55,943 nucleotides of DNA from Acidobacteriales bacterium 13_2_20CM_55_8 (GCA_001914815.1 MNDG01000133.1:1-55943), one strand, 5' to 3'; shown: positions 1-9,725, numbered from the stretch's first letter. Notes: generated by a model not told the origin, from the letters alone. Program-made: numbers and translations.

Positions 1-1
1 C

Positions 2-625
2 GAGGTGCGCAACGCCGTGGAAGCTGCCATCCAAAAATTAGAGAGCCTCGGGTGCAAGATCATAGAAATTTCGCTTCCGCACACCAAGTACGCCATTCCT
101 ACGTACTACGTTGTCGCAACCGCCGAGGCTTCGTCGAACCTGGCTCGTTTCGACGGAGTGCGCTATGGCTATCGCGCACGCGATGTGCGTACCCTCTCGG
201 AAATGTACCGGCGAACCCGGGATCAGGGTTTCGGTGCTGAAGTGAAACGCCGAATCATGCTGGGAACCTACGCCCTGAGCGCCGGCTATTACGACGCCTA
301 TTATCTAAAGGCCCAGAAGGTGCGCACCCTGATTGCTACAGACTTCGAAGAAGCTTTTAGCAAAGTGGATGCGATCGTGACTCCAACCTGTCCTACGGCG
401 GCATTCAAGCTGGGCGAGAAATCGGAAGATCCGCTGGCGATGTACCTGGCCGACATTTATACGGTGACGGCCGATCTCGCAGGCATTCCTGGTATTTCTA
501 TCCCGTGCGGTCAGACCAGCGGTAAGTTGCCAATTGGGTTACAGATCCTGGGGCGCCACTTTGACGAAGCAACGATCCTGCGGGTTGCAAACGCCTATGA
601 GCAAGCCACGATCTCAAGCAGTTAG
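2..625 (+). CDS. gatA: Glu-tRNA(Gln) amidotransferase subunit A, C-terminal ~207 codons (5' end lies outside the window)
   Basis: The frame is open from the window edge to TAG 623-625. The translation ([16 protein letters not shown]...[28 protein letters not shown]...[14 protein letters not shown]) looks like the C-terminus of amidase-family GatA. Confidence 0.85.
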   Translation, partial: EVRNAVEAAIQKLESLGCKIIEISLPHTKYAIPTYYVVATAEASSNLARFDGVRYGYRARDVRTLSEMYRRTRDQGFGAEVKRRIMLGTYALSAGYYDAYYLKAQKVRTLIATDFEEAFSKVDAIVTPTCPTAAFKLGEKSEDPLAMYLADIYTVTADLAGIPGISIPCGQTSGKLPIGLQILGRHFDEATILRVANAYEQATISSS

Positions 626-633
626 ATTGATTT

Positions 634-2118
634 CTATTTTCTCTTCCATCGCACGCCGTCTTTGGTGTTCTCCACAACGATTCCAGCCGCCATCAACTCA
701 GCTCGAATGGCATCGGAAGACTGGAAGTTCCGCGAGCGGCGTGCATTCTCCATTTCAGCGATCTTTTGTTCGATTCCAGCGTCGGATAGTTCTTGTGCCT
801 CCATGGTCTGGAGCAGTGTGTTGCTTACATCTTTCTCTCGTTTCTCAGACTTGGCCCAGTTCAGAATCTTTTTCATCTTCTCGGTTTCATCATCTTCCAG
901 CACAGCAAAGATCTGGTCGAACCTTTCGAGGACATCGAGCAGTGCCGCTGCGTCATCTCTTTTGAGCTGTCCCGCATCGATTGCAGCATTCCCCTTTCGC
1001 ACCATGTCGAATATCGCCGCCTGGGCCTGTGCCGTATTGAGATCGTCTTCCATCCCCGACCAGAAGCGTTTCAATGTGTCGCGCGCGAGTTCGGTCATTT
1101 GTTCGCTTGCCCCCTGCGGAAACTGTCCCGTGTCCAGCCGTGACTGGAAGTTTCGCAGGCGCTCCACCGACACGGCCGCCTGCTTCAATCCGTCGAACGT
1201 GAAGTTGAGCTGATTACGGTAAGGCACCGACGCTAACAAAAAGCGGATGGAAGAAGGCTTGTGCCCTTTGAGCACCAAGTCGCGCAGGGTAAAGAAGTTG
1301 CCCAGGCTCTTGGACATTTTCTCCCCTTCCACCAGCAGGAATCGTGCATGAAACCAGAAGCGAACGAATGGCTTGCCTGTCATCGATTCAGACTGCGCGA
1401 TCTCGTTTTCGTGATGAGGAAAAATGAGATCTTCGCCCCCGGCGTGGAGGTCGAAAGTTTCGCCCAACTGTTGCATTGACATGACAGAGCATTCGATGTG
1501 CCATCCGGGACGTCCTCGCCCGATCGGAGTTTCCCACGAAGCTTCTCCGGGCTTGGGCGCCTTCCACAGGGCGAAGTCGCGTGCGTTGTCTTTGTCGTAA
1601 TCATCGACGTCGACACGCGCTCCGTCTTCCATCCCGGCGAAATCTTTCTTGGAGAGCTTGCCATAGCCGGGAAATTTCGCGATGCGGAAATAATAGGATC
1701 CATCCTCCGCACGATAGGCAAAGCCCTTTTTCTCAAGGTCGGCGACAAACTGGGCCATCTCCGGAATATGCTCAGTCGCACGCACCAGTATTGGCTGTTC
1801 AATATTCAGGGTGGCAGCATCTTCCAGGAAGGCCTTCTCGTACTTCGCTGTGTATTGTTGAACACTGAGACCGGCGTGTGCCGCGTTATGGATGATCTTG
1901 TCATCCACGTCGGTGATATTCATCACATGATGAACTGTGTATCCGCTCTGGCGCAAAAACCGCCGCAGCACATCCACTGCTACAAAAGTTCGGAAATTGC
2001 CGATGTGCCCGTAGTCGTAAACCGTGGGGCCGCACACATACATGCGGACCTCATTGTTGTTCATTGGCTGGAACTCTTCCACTTTGCCGGACAACGTGTT
2101 GTAGAGTCGTAACGCCAT
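634..2118 (-). CDS. cysS: Cysteine--tRNA ligase
   Basis: 494-aa ORF starting at an ATG. It has the class I HIGH-type motif (GHIGNFRT), the KMSKS motif (EKMSKSLGN) and a typical CysS N-terminus (MALRLYNTLSGK). Confidence 0.95.
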   Translation of the reverse strand: MALRLYNTLSGKVEEFQPMNNNEVRMYVCGPTVYDYGHIGNFRTFVAVDVLRRFLRQSGYTVHHVMNITDVDDKIIHNAAHAGLSVQQYTAKYEKAFLEDAATLNIEQPILVRATEHIPEMAQFVADLEKKGFAYRAEDGSYYFRIAKFPGYGKLSKKDFAGMEDGARVDVDDYDKDNARDFALWKAPKPGEASWETPIGRGRPGWHIECSVMSMQQLGETFDLHAGGEDLIFPHHENEIAQSESMTGKPFVRFWFHARFLLVEGEKMSKSLGNFFTLRDLVLKGHKPSSIRFLLASVPYRNQLNFTFDGLKQAAVSVERLRNFQSRLDTGQFPQGASEQMTELARDTLKRFWSGMEDDLNTAQAQAAIFDMVRKGNAAIDAGQLKRDDAAALLDVLERFDQIFAVLEDDETEKMKKILNWAKSEKREKDVSNTLLQTMEAQELSDAGIEQKIAEMENARRSRNFQSSDAIRAELMAAGIVVENTKDGVRWKRK

Positions 2119-2174
2119 GGCTTAATAGGATTGCGGACAGAATCTCTGATTGTAGGAGGGCGAAAGAAAAAGGG

Positions 2175-2765
2175 TCAAATCCCGCCGCCGGCTGACGTGG
2201 AGACCGGCTGATGATTGGCCCGAAGCCGTTTTCCGACAAACAACACGTAATGGAGACCGGAGATGATGGTGAAAGCGAAGGTTGCGCGCAAAAAGGTAAG
2301 CCGGGCAATCCACACCCAGCGCGATGGATCTACCTCGAACAGCAATACAAAAAAAACCGCGGCCACTTGAGCGAAGGTGTTGGCCTTGCCAAAGATGCTA
2401 GGCCGGAAATCACGTAGTCCGGCGATGGCATAGAGAACCGCGCTGGCGCATAGGATGGAAATGTCACGGCTAAAGACCAGCACGGTGAATTTCCACGGAA
2501 TTTTGTGCAGAATCGAAAGCACCAGGAACATGGTGCTGAGCAGGAGTTTGTCGGCGATGGGATCGAGGTACTGGCCAAGCGTAGTTTGCTGTTTGAGAGT
2601 GCGTGCAAGCAGGCCATCGAGGCCATCACTGAGTCCTGCCAATACAAACAAAACTAGTGCCCAGGAATAATGACTCCCCACGAGATTGATGACGATGAAA
2701 GGCAGAAACATCATTCGCAGCAGCGTGAGCTGGTTCGGAGCAGTCAGCAGTTGGGAGAGCTTCAC
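2175..2765 (-). CDS. pgsA: CDP-alcohol phosphatidyltransferase (PgsA-like)
   Basis: 196-aa hydrophobic ORF with the CDP-alcohol transferase motif D-G-x2-A-R-x8-G-x3-D-x3-D (SDGLDGLLARTLKQQTTLGQYLDPIADK). Its start overlaps the upstream stop by 4 nt. Confidence 0.75.
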   Translation of the reverse strand: MKLSQLLTAPNQLTLLRMMFLPFIVINLVGSHYSWALVLFVLAGLSDGLDGLLARTLKQQTTLGQYLDPIADKLLLSTMFLVLSILHKIPWKFTVLVFSRDISILCASAVLYAIAGLRDFRPSIFGKANTFAQVAAVFFVLLFEVDPSRWVWIARLTFLRATFAFTIISGLHYVLFVGKRLRANHQPVSTSAGGGI

Positions 2766-3256
2766 TGGCGGTCCTCCGCCGCATGGTGGCGGGCGAACAC
2801 GGCAAGCGGGTCCAGCCCTGTCTTGCTAGCGAAGCGCTGGGAGAGCGAAGAGATATTGCCGTCGGGCAGATCCAGTTCCATACGCTCCATGCGGTGTGTG
2901 GGAAAGAAAACTACTCCTGGAGAAACCTGTTCACCATCCTTCACCATCGAGACCAGATCCTCAAATGAAGCCAGCTCGATCCCACATAGAGACACTCCTT
3001 CAGGACTCAGCGAAAGCAACACTCCCCAGAATTTTTCCCGTGGATTGCCCAGCGTGAGCACCACCATAGTTCGCGGTCGGAAGGGATTTTCGCCTCGAAC
3101 TAACGGCGTGTCGCGTTCATCAAGATTTTTCACCGAAGAGATTGTCGCCGGAGAAGGCCAAACTTTGCAACTAACGTCAGGAACAACGTCAGAAAGGATA
3201 CGGTTCCCCGGGCCGAGTGATCCGGATGCGATGGTCGGTAAATTTGAAGTGTGCAC
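2762..3256 (-). CDS. Small hypothetical protein; the true start is probably internal (GTG 3133 or ATG 3067)
   Basis: The ORF is co-directional and coupled with pgsA. The longest version overlaps the cytochrome gene by 68 nt, so a shorter start downstream of 3189 is more plausible. I recognised no motif. Confidence 0.45.
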   Translation of the reverse strand: MHTSNLPTIASGSLGPGNRILSDVVPDVSCKVWPSPATISSVKNLDERDTPLVRGENPFRPRTMVVLTLGNPREKFWGVLLSLSPEGVSLCGIELASFEDLVSMVKDGEQVSPGVVFFPTHRMERMELDLPDGNISSLSQRFASKTGLDPLAVFARHHAAEDRQ

Positions 3257-4364
3257 CCGCGAGTTCGACTTTCGGCATGTGGCAGGTCACGCAGCGCTCA
3301 TTTGCCACCGGGCACGATTTTCCAACTGCTGATGATGGAACTACTTTGGCAGTCGATTGGTTGTTTTGATTCCCTGCTGACGGAAGGGTCTTATCGCGGG
3401 GCTTGTGGCAGGTCGTGCACTTTGAATCGTAGGAAACATCATCCTGTTTCAGATCCGCATGCGGATCGTGGCATGCAGTGCACGCAAGACGCTCGTCATT
3501 GGGATTGTGCCCGCGACTGTTAGACAGTCGATAGGGTTGAAATCGTACGTTGTTGAGCCCCCCAAGGTCCGGCATCATCCCGACTGTGTTGGCGCTGCGA
3601 TGACAGGCTCCGCAGAATTCTTGCGATAGAGTGTCGGGTTCGAGTTTCTTGGGATTAAAGATGTAGCGGTCTTCTCCTCCAGCGCCGGACAGCATTGTCG
3701 TAGCGTGTTTCCCTCCTGGCCCATGACAGGCCTCGCAATTCACGCCCGGCACTAAGCGATCGAGCTGAAGTTGATTGTTGACCACAGCTGCTGTGCCGTG
3801 GCAACTAAAACAGTTGCGAGCTTCGTCGCCACTGATGTCACGGCCGAAAGCTTCTTCCAGGCTAGGCGGCGGATCTTGTGCATCTCCGATGGTCCAGTCC
3901 AGCCCGTCGATTCCGAAGTAATAGCTCACTCGGCCTTCGTACAGCTTGTCTTTACGGCGGAGGACGTAGGTCTGGGCAAAATGTGCATTGCCGAACACGT
4001 AAAGTATCGATTCAGTGATGGGCTCTTTTCCGTCGGTCAATCGAGGATGAGAGCGCAGGACGTTGTTGCCAGCGGCCGTGCCGAGCGCGTGTGCCATTGC
4101 GGTACGTGATTGCGAACGGTTCTTTTGAGCATGGCAGGTTGCGCAGACTTCACGGCCCACAAACTTTTCGCCGGGCATCTCCCGCCGTGGACGAAATTGA
4201 GAAAAAGCTGAAGAATTCTGCGGCGGTGACTGTGGAAACCCGAAGCAGGAATAAAGAACTACGTACAGAGCACCGTACCCGATCAAACATTGCAAGTTGT
4301 GACTACTTATCAAGGATGCCTTGTCCCTCGTGAACAGTGAGGATCTGGTCGATGCGGGGTACAA
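3189..4364 (-). CDS. Membrane-anchored heptaheme c-type cytochrome
   Basis: Seven CxxCH motifs are present (CATCH, CFSCH, CEACH, CGACH, CTACH, CTTCH, CVTCH), plus an N-terminal hydrophobic helix (LIGYGALYVVLYSCFGF). The longest ORF overlaps the upstream stop by 62 nt, so a TTG start near 4295 is possible. Confidence 0.85.
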   Translation of the reverse strand: MYPASTRSSLFTRDKASLISSHNLQCLIGYGALYVVLYSCFGFPQSPPQNSSAFSQFRPRREMPGEKFVGREVCATCHAQKNRSQSRTAMAHALGTAAGNNVLRSHPRLTDGKEPITESILYVFGNAHFAQTYVLRRKDKLYEGRVSYYFGIDGLDWTIGDAQDPPPSLEEAFGRDISGDEARNCFSCHGTAAVVNNQLQLDRLVPGVNCEACHGPGGKHATTMLSGAGGEDRYIFNPKKLEPDTLSQEFCGACHRSANTVGMMPDLGGLNNVRFQPYRLSNSRGHNPNDERLACTACHDPHADLKQDDVSYDSKCTTCHKPRDKTLPSAGNQNNQSTAKVVPSSAVGKSCPVANERCVTCHMPKVELAGAHFKFTDHRIRITRPGEPYPF

Positions 4365-5922
4365 ACACTTCTTCCTTTCTTCCGCTGGGCCAGTGAATTT
4401 CTAATTTTTCCACTCTAGTAGAAGACCCCAATCCAAAATGAACACGCTGATCGGAACTCGATCCATAACTGCCTCCACTGATCACGTCAGAGCGTTGACG
4501 AATACCATTGGCTGTGAGGAAGACTGTAGCGCCTATTGCATCCCGCGGACTTTTCGGTCCACCTATGAGCTTGAATCCGATCCAATGGTTGTCGTTCTTG
4601 CCGACATTACGCAGAAGGGCGGGGATGGAATCCATGTTGTTGAGGACAGCATCGATGTGACCGTCGTTGAACAGGTCCCCGAAAGCCGCGCCCCGAGCGG
4701 GAATCGCGTCAGCCAATCCACTGCCTGTTGCCGGAGGCACTTCTTGAAATTTTGTTGCATCCAAATTCCGGAAAAGTTGTGGCCGCTGCGCCCAAGTCGT
4801 TCCCCAGTCGCGCTTGTCCACCCACGGATACACGTGGCCATTCGCGACGAAAATATCCAGCAATCCGTCGTTATCAAAGTCGATGAATCCGGTTCCCCAA
4901 GCGAGAAAAGGAATGGTTGGACTGCCCAAGCCTGCCCGGAATGTGACTTCGGAAAAACTGGAATTACCATCATTCCTGAAAAGCGTGTTGTAATCGTCGG
5001 AAAATACTGTCACATAAAAGTCGACTTTGCCGTCGCGATTGTAGTCACCCACTGCAATCCCCATGGATGCTTGCGCCAGCCCATTGTCGGTGAGAGCGAA
5101 GCCGGACAAGTAACTCACGTCTTCAAAGGTACCGTCGTGAAGATTACGGTAGAGATAACGCGCGACAGAATCGTTGGCCACGGCCAAGTCGAGCCAACCG
5201 TCATCATCGACATCCACGAAGACTGAGGCAAGACCATAGTATCCTTGCGGATCGGAAACGCCGGCCTTCTTACTAACATCGGTGAACGTGCCGTCGCCGT
5301 TGTTGTGAAACAGATGATCACTCTCTCCGGGCAGACCGAGAGGACCACACATCGAACTCACGCCGCGAAATTGGCATGAGTTCAAAGGAACCCCTCCCTG
5401 GCCTGCGATGGGAGGGTGATCAGGGTCAAATTTGACGTAACCGGGAACAAACAAATCCAGCAGGCCGTCGTGGTCATAATCACCCCAGGTGGGGCCAGCA
5501 GACCAATTACCTAGAGCGACGCCCGCTTTCTCCGCCACGTCGGTGAATGTTCCGTCATGATTGTTGCGGTAAAGACGGTTCTTGCCAAAATTGGCGACGT
5601 AGAAATCAGGCCAGCCATCGTTGTCGAAGTCGCCCACAGCAACACCGAATCCCCACCGCTCATTCGCGACGCCAGCGTTGCCAGTGACGTCGGTGAACGT
5701 TCCATCGTGATTGTTGTGAAGCAGCATGGCGCGTGGGGGAGGTTCTTTGCCTTTTAACCCGTTGAACGTGGATCCATTGAGCAAGTAGATGTCGAGCCAA
5801 CCGTCGTTGTCGTAATCCAGCAAGGCTACACCGGACCCTGGAGTCTCGATAATTGTCGTTTTTTCTGGAGTTCCTGAGCGATGATGGAATTTGTCGAGTC
5901 CGAGCGTCATCCACAAATCCAC
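4303..5922 (-). CDS. CRTAC1-family protein (FG-GAP/VCBS repeats plus ASPIC/UnbV C-terminal domain); the body of the gene, lacking a signal peptide in this frame
   Basis: Repeated DxDxDGxxD-type motifs (LDYDNDGWLDIYLLNG, GDFDNDGWPDFYVANF, GDYDHDGLLDLFV, VDVDDDGWLDLAVAN, GDYNRDGKVDFYV, IDFDNDGLLDIFVANG) and a C-terminal UnbV-like region (GSYGSSSDQRVHFGLG). The first in-frame start is GTG 5922. Confidence 0.85.
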   Translation of the reverse strand: MDLWMTLGLDKFHHRSGTPEKTTIIETPGSGVALLDYDNDGWLDIYLLNGSTFNGLKGKEPPPRAMLLHNNHDGTFTDVTGNAGVANERWGFGVAVGDFDNDGWPDFYVANFGKNRLYRNNHDGTFTDVAEKAGVALGNWSAGPTWGDYDHDGLLDLFVPGYVKFDPDHPPIAGQGGVPLNSCQFRGVSSMCGPLGLPGESDHLFHNNGDGTFTDVSKKAGVSDPQGYYGLASVFVDVDDDGWLDLAVANDSVARYLYRNLHDGTFEDVSYLSGFALTDNGLAQASMGIAVGDYNRDGKVDFYVTVFSDDYNTLFRNDGNSSFSEVTFRAGLGSPTIPFLAWGTGFIDFDNDGLLDIFVANGHVYPWVDKRDWGTTWAQRPQLFRNLDATKFQEVPPATGSGLADAIPARGAAFGDLFNDGHIDAVLNNMDSIPALLRNVGKNDNHWIGFKLIGGPKSPRDAIGATVFLTANGIRQRSDVISGGSYGSSSDQRVHFGLGSSTRVEKLEIHWPSGRKEEVFVPRIDQILTVHEGQGILDK

Positions 5923-6103
5923 CGGCGGTAATAGGTCGCGACTGGGCGTCTTTTATCGCTGGATGCGGCGTACCGGTGGAGACACCCATCGACTCCGGCT
6001 TCTGGGGATTGCGTTCTTCGGGTCTCTGCGTCACGCCATCCAGGGGAAGCAGCACCATCAGCAAGAGAAGCGAGTGAAAACATCTTGACCGAATCACTGT
6101 CAT
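5923..6103 (-). other. Signal-peptide-encoding 5' segment that appears to belong to the CRTAC1 gene but lies in a different reading frame
   Basis: ATG 6103 opens MTVIRSRCFHSLLLLMVLLPLDGVTQ... (Sec-type signal) and runs up to the CRTAC1 GTG start. It is part of ORF 5660..6151, whose remainder is an out-of-frame shadow of the CRTAC1 gene. Confidence 0.5.
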
Positions 6104-6157
6104 CGCTCTGTCTTCGAGACTTGGAAGGAAACCTACAATAAAAGTCTTCAATGCGGT

Positions 6158-7126
6158 TTACTGAGACATGTCGGGCTTTGAACTTAGGTTGCCGGTCGAT
6201 CCTTTCTGCTGCCCCGGTATCTCTGAATGGCTTAGTTCATCGAGTTTTTTGAATGCGGCTTTCGCTTCATCCTGGCGGCCGAGTTTGGAGTAAGCGCGGC
6301 CAAGCAGGAAATAGGCCTGTTTCATTCGTGGCTCGAGTTTCACCGACGTCTGCAATTCTGGGATAGCTGCCTCCAACTGGCCATTTTGAAAGAGCACATT
6401 GCCAAGAGCGAACCGGCCGGCAACGGAATCTGGAGCCAGGTCGACCGCTTTTCGGAGCCACTCAGTAGCTCGAGGATATTCCTGCTTATACGTGTAGCAT
6501 GCTCCGAGCCCGTATGCGATTTCATAGTTGAGCGGGCCGATTCGTTCGGCTTGCGTGTAATAGGTAATCGCTTCATCAAATTTTGATTGAGAGCGCTTCA
6601 GCTCAGCCAATTCTGTCGCTACTTCGATAGAGCGGGGATTCGCTTTCAGGGCGCTCTGGAATTCTGTCTCGGCTTCGGTCGGATTCTGGGCGGCCAGCGC
6701 GGCTTCCGCGAGAAGTTGATGGACCCGGCTGGAGTCAGGAGCTAGGGCGAAAAGCCTTTGATATTCCATTCGTGAAAGCTCACCGGCAGTGAAGGAGAGA
6801 TAGAAGAGCGCATCAACATTGTGAGGGTCAGACACGAGGACCCTCTCCAGATCTCTGACTGCCGGTTGAAATTTCCGTTGAGCAAGTTCAGCACGCGCCA
6901 GCATCACACGCACAGGTGCATCGTTCGGATATTTGCGCAAATGTTTCTCTGCAAGTTGCGCGGCCCGAACGTAGTCGCCGCGATAGAACGCATGAGAACA
7001 TTCCTCCAAGGCTGAAGATTCTCCGATCGCCCCGACAGAAATCGCGACCACGAGTGCCAGCAATCCGATGGAACCCAGGACGGAATTGAGAGTATGAGTT
7101 TGCGGCATGTCGGGAAGTAGGCTCAA
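6158..7126 (-). CDS. Tetratricopeptide-repeat (TPR) protein with an N-terminal membrane anchor
   Basis: 322-aa ORF with repeated TPR-like A/Y/L patterns (AYFLLGRAYSKLGRQDEA, IAYGLGACYTYKQEYPRA). It overlaps the upstream TPR gene stop by 4 nt. Confidence 0.8.
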   Translation of the reverse strand: MSLLPDMPQTHTLNSVLGSIGLLALVVAISVGAIGESSALEECSHAFYRGDYVRAAQLAEKHLRKYPNDAPVRVMLARAELAQRKFQPAVRDLERVLVSDPHNVDALFYLSFTAGELSRMEYQRLFALAPDSSRVHQLLAEAALAAQNPTEAETEFQSALKANPRSIEVATELAELKRSQSKFDEAITYYTQAERIGPLNYEIAYGLGACYTYKQEYPRATEWLRKAVDLAPDSVAGRFALGNVLFQNGQLEAAIPELQTSVKLEPRMKQAYFLLGRAYSKLGRQDEAKAAFKKLDELSHSEIPGQQKGSTGNLSSKPDMSQ

Positions 7127-8757
7127 GGCGTTTCGAAAGGGCGCACCTCAACCATGCGCAAGAGCTCTTGTGTCTTTTCGTCCAGCAGTTTCTGGAGCTC
7201 TTCGAAGCGTTTGGCTTGTGCTTCCCGCCGTGGATCTCCGGTACGTGTGTAGAGAGTGAGAAGATAGAAATTCGCCGAATAATGATCCGGCTCTATTTCC
7301 AGCGCGCGACGAATTTGTCTTTCCGCGTCCTGATAATCCTTCCGCATCAAGTAGTATTGCCCAAGCTCAGCCAAGGCATTTGGGAAATCTGGGCTGCCCT
7401 TTAAAGCCTGCTGCAACTCGTTCAGAGCATCGTCAAAGCGGCGCACTTGCAGAGCAATCGAGCCCAAGTAGTAGTGTGCCGTCGTTGCGGTTTCCGGCAC
7501 TTGGGCAGCTTCTCGAAGCCAGGGAACAGCAGCGCCGTAGTCTTTCGCGCGGAACAAGGCCGCACCCAGCGCTAGTTTTCCTCGTGGATCGTGAGGTTTG
7601 AGCTTGAGGTACTTCTCGAAATACGGAACAGCTTCAGCCGGATCATGCCGGAAAGCGGAGGCGGCTCCCATCGCATAATTATAGGATGGATTTTCAGGTT
7701 CAAGGTTTACCGCCTTCTCAAAAGAATTGCGCGCCTCCGCGATCAGATTTAGATCTACACACACAATTCCGAACGAATAATGAATCTGAGCGTTGCCTGG
7801 GTCTAGATCTCGCGCGTGTGCCAGATAGCCGAGCGAGCCCCGATAATCTTGCTGTCTATACGCAACCCTCGCCAGATCCAACAAAGAAGCGACCGAAAGA
7901 TTCCCGGCGGCGGCGGATTTTTCCAGCGCGGAACGGGCCTCAACCAGCCGGTTTGTCCGTTCGTAGGCCAGGCCCAAAGTGTGTGAAGTCCCGGGCGACA
8001 ATGTCTGCCGGTTCTGTAAGCTTTCCAGGAGAGAAGTGATCAGGTCATAACGCTTGCCCGTCTCCAGACCCAACAACATTTGCTGTGCATCCAGCTCAGA
8101 AAATTCGGGGTGAAGGATTAGACGCGCGGCTGCGTCATCTGCCTCTTTCCGGTTGTCAAGGCCGGCGTAATCCGCACAAAGAAGCGCGATTGCCTGGGCA
8201 GTGCCGCGCCTATCTGGGGGAAGGCGCGACAGCCGATTGAGTGAGTCCTGATATTCTCTGCGCTGCAGCAACACTACCGCGCTCTGATAGTTGGCCTCTA
8301 GGTTGTTGGGATCGTAGTCGAGCACCATCCCATAGACGCGCAACGCTTTCCGCTGGGCCTGAGGGTCAGCCGCGACATTCTCCTGATAGAGGCGTCCCAG
8401 ATTCAAATAAGCAGCAGTTAATTTAGGCGCGCGTTTGATAGCCTGATTGAAATTCTTTTCGGCCGCCGTGTAGTTGCCCTGCTGCGCCTCAACGATACCG
8501 GCCAGGTTGTCGAATCCAGCGTCTGCGGGAAAACGCTTTGCCGCTTCCGTGAGTTGAATGCGTGCCTCTACCAATTGGCGGTTCCCAATCAATTGTTGAA
8601 TCCGCAGGATGGTCAGCTCTCTTCCGCTCCCGGGGTCGGAATAGGCAAAGAGAAGAGATGAGACCAGCAAAACAGGCGCAGCCGCAGCCACGACGGCGGC
8701 AGGCCGACGGAATCGCATTGGCAAGCGAAGCAAGGTGCGCGTCTGTGCAAAAGTCAT
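7123..8757 (-). CDS. TPR protein (544 aa)
   Basis: Many TPR units are visible (AYLNLGRLYQ, HYSFGIVCVDLNLIAEAR, NYAMGAASAF, HYYLGSIALQ, NFYLLTLYTRTGD), plus an N-terminal hydrophobic segment. Confidence 0.8.
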   Translation of the reverse strand: MTFAQTRTLLRLPMRFRRPAAVVAAAAPVLLVSSLLFAYSDPGSGRELTILRIQQLIGNRQLVEARIQLTEAAKRFPADAGFDNLAGIVEAQQGNYTAAEKNFNQAIKRAPKLTAAYLNLGRLYQENVAADPQAQRKALRVYGMVLDYDPNNLEANYQSAVVLLQRREYQDSLNRLSRLPPDRRGTAQAIALLCADYAGLDNRKEADDAAARLILHPEFSELDAQQMLLGLETGKRYDLITSLLESLQNRQTLSPGTSHTLGLAYERTNRLVEARSALEKSAAAGNLSVASLLDLARVAYRQQDYRGSLGYLAHARDLDPGNAQIHYSFGIVCVDLNLIAEARNSFEKAVNLEPENPSYNYAMGAASAFRHDPAEAVPYFEKYLKLKPHDPRGKLALGAALFRAKDYGAAVPWLREAAQVPETATTAHYYLGSIALQVRRFDDALNELQQALKGSPDFPNALAELGQYYLMRKDYQDAERQIRRALEIEPDHYSANFYLLTLYTRTGDPRREAQAKRFEELQKLLDEKTQELLRMVEVRPFETP

Positions 8758-8891
8758 ACGTAAGCGATTACACGATTACTATCGAAGCGGGCTATTGAGC
8801 TGTCCTATACTATCTCTCGTCGCCAAATATTTCCTACCCATGGTGGTCTTCTCTGTCAGCGTTTTCTAATAAAGCGAGTCTGAAACTCAGG

Positions 8892-9725
8892 TTGATCGCT
8901 TTCAGTCTATTGCTGTTTTCTCTTACGGGGTCCGGGACTTTCGCGCAGGAGACTTTGCCAGCTTCAGTGGAAACGCAGATGGCGGCAGGAATTCAGGCGT
9001 TGAAACGTGGCGATTTAGACACTGCCGAGAGCATTTTCTCCGAAGCGGTTCGGCATGGCGTAAAGCATCCACTGATATTTCACAACCTCGGCGTCATCGC
9101 GCAGCAGCGGGGGAATCACCAACAAGCTATCGCAGAATTTCGTAAAGCAATTCTTCTGCAGCCCGGGTATGGACCCACACGACTGCTGCTTGGCACTAGC
9201 CTGTTGGCGGTCGGGAAAAATGCCGAAGCAGTGTCGGAACTCAAGCGCAGCGTCAGGCTAATGCCCGAACAGCCGCTAGCTCATCTGCATCTGGCCAAAG
9301 CGTACGAGGCTTCCGATAACTTGACAGCGGCGGTGGAAGAATTCCAGAAGTTGGCGGAGATGGCTCCGCTGGATACGGAGTATGCCTACCAACTCGGAAA
9401 AGCTTGGTCGAAGCTCTCAGGATGGTCCTACCAGCAGATGGCCCGGCTCAACCCTAACTCTGCGCGCTTGCATCAGGCTTTGGGACAGCAGTACTTGATC
9501 CGAGAAAAATATGATCTTGCCATGCGTGCCTACCAGCAAGCCGCTCAGTCGGATCCGAAATTGCCGGAAATCCATTTGGCGATGGCCCTGATCTCGCTTG
9601 AGTTGAAGAAATTCGATGAGGCGCTGACAGAAATCAACCTCGAGCTGAAGCTTGTGCCAGAGAGCAAAGCCGCTGCGGAGGCAAAAACGAAGATTGAAGC
9701 CGCGAAGGCGTCGGCGGCACCCTAA
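8892..9725 (+). CDS. Secreted TPR protein
   Basis: 277-aa ORF with a TTG start, a signal-like N-terminus (IAFSLLLFSLTGSGTFAQ) and TPR units. Confidence 0.7.
   Translation: MIAFSLLLFSLTGSGTFAQETLPASVETQMAAGIQALKRGDLDTAESIFSEAVRHGVKHPLIFHNLGVIAQQRGNHQQAIAEFRKAILLQPGYGPTRLLLGTSLLAVGKNAEAVSELKRSVRLMPEQPLAHLHLAKAYEASDNLTAAVEEFQKLAEMAPLDTEYAYQLGKAWSKLSGWSYQQMARLNPNSARLHQALGQQYLIREKYDLAMRAYQQAAQSDPKLPEIHLAMALISLELKKFDEALTEINLELKLVPESKAAAEAKTKIEAAKASAAP

Noticed and set aside
662-2112. Long plus-strand ORFs (662..1213, 1498..2112 and others) inside the cysS region
   Set aside because: They are antisense shadow ORFs of a well-supported minus-strand gene. Their translations are low-complexity (S/A/R-rich) with no motifs.
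5660-6151. 163-aa minus-strand ORF overlapping the CRTAC1 gene start
   Set aside because: Only the first ~60 codons (the signal peptide region) look real. The rest is an out-of-frame, R-rich read-through of the CRTAC1 coding sequence. I treated it as the displaced 5' end of that gene rather than a separate gene.
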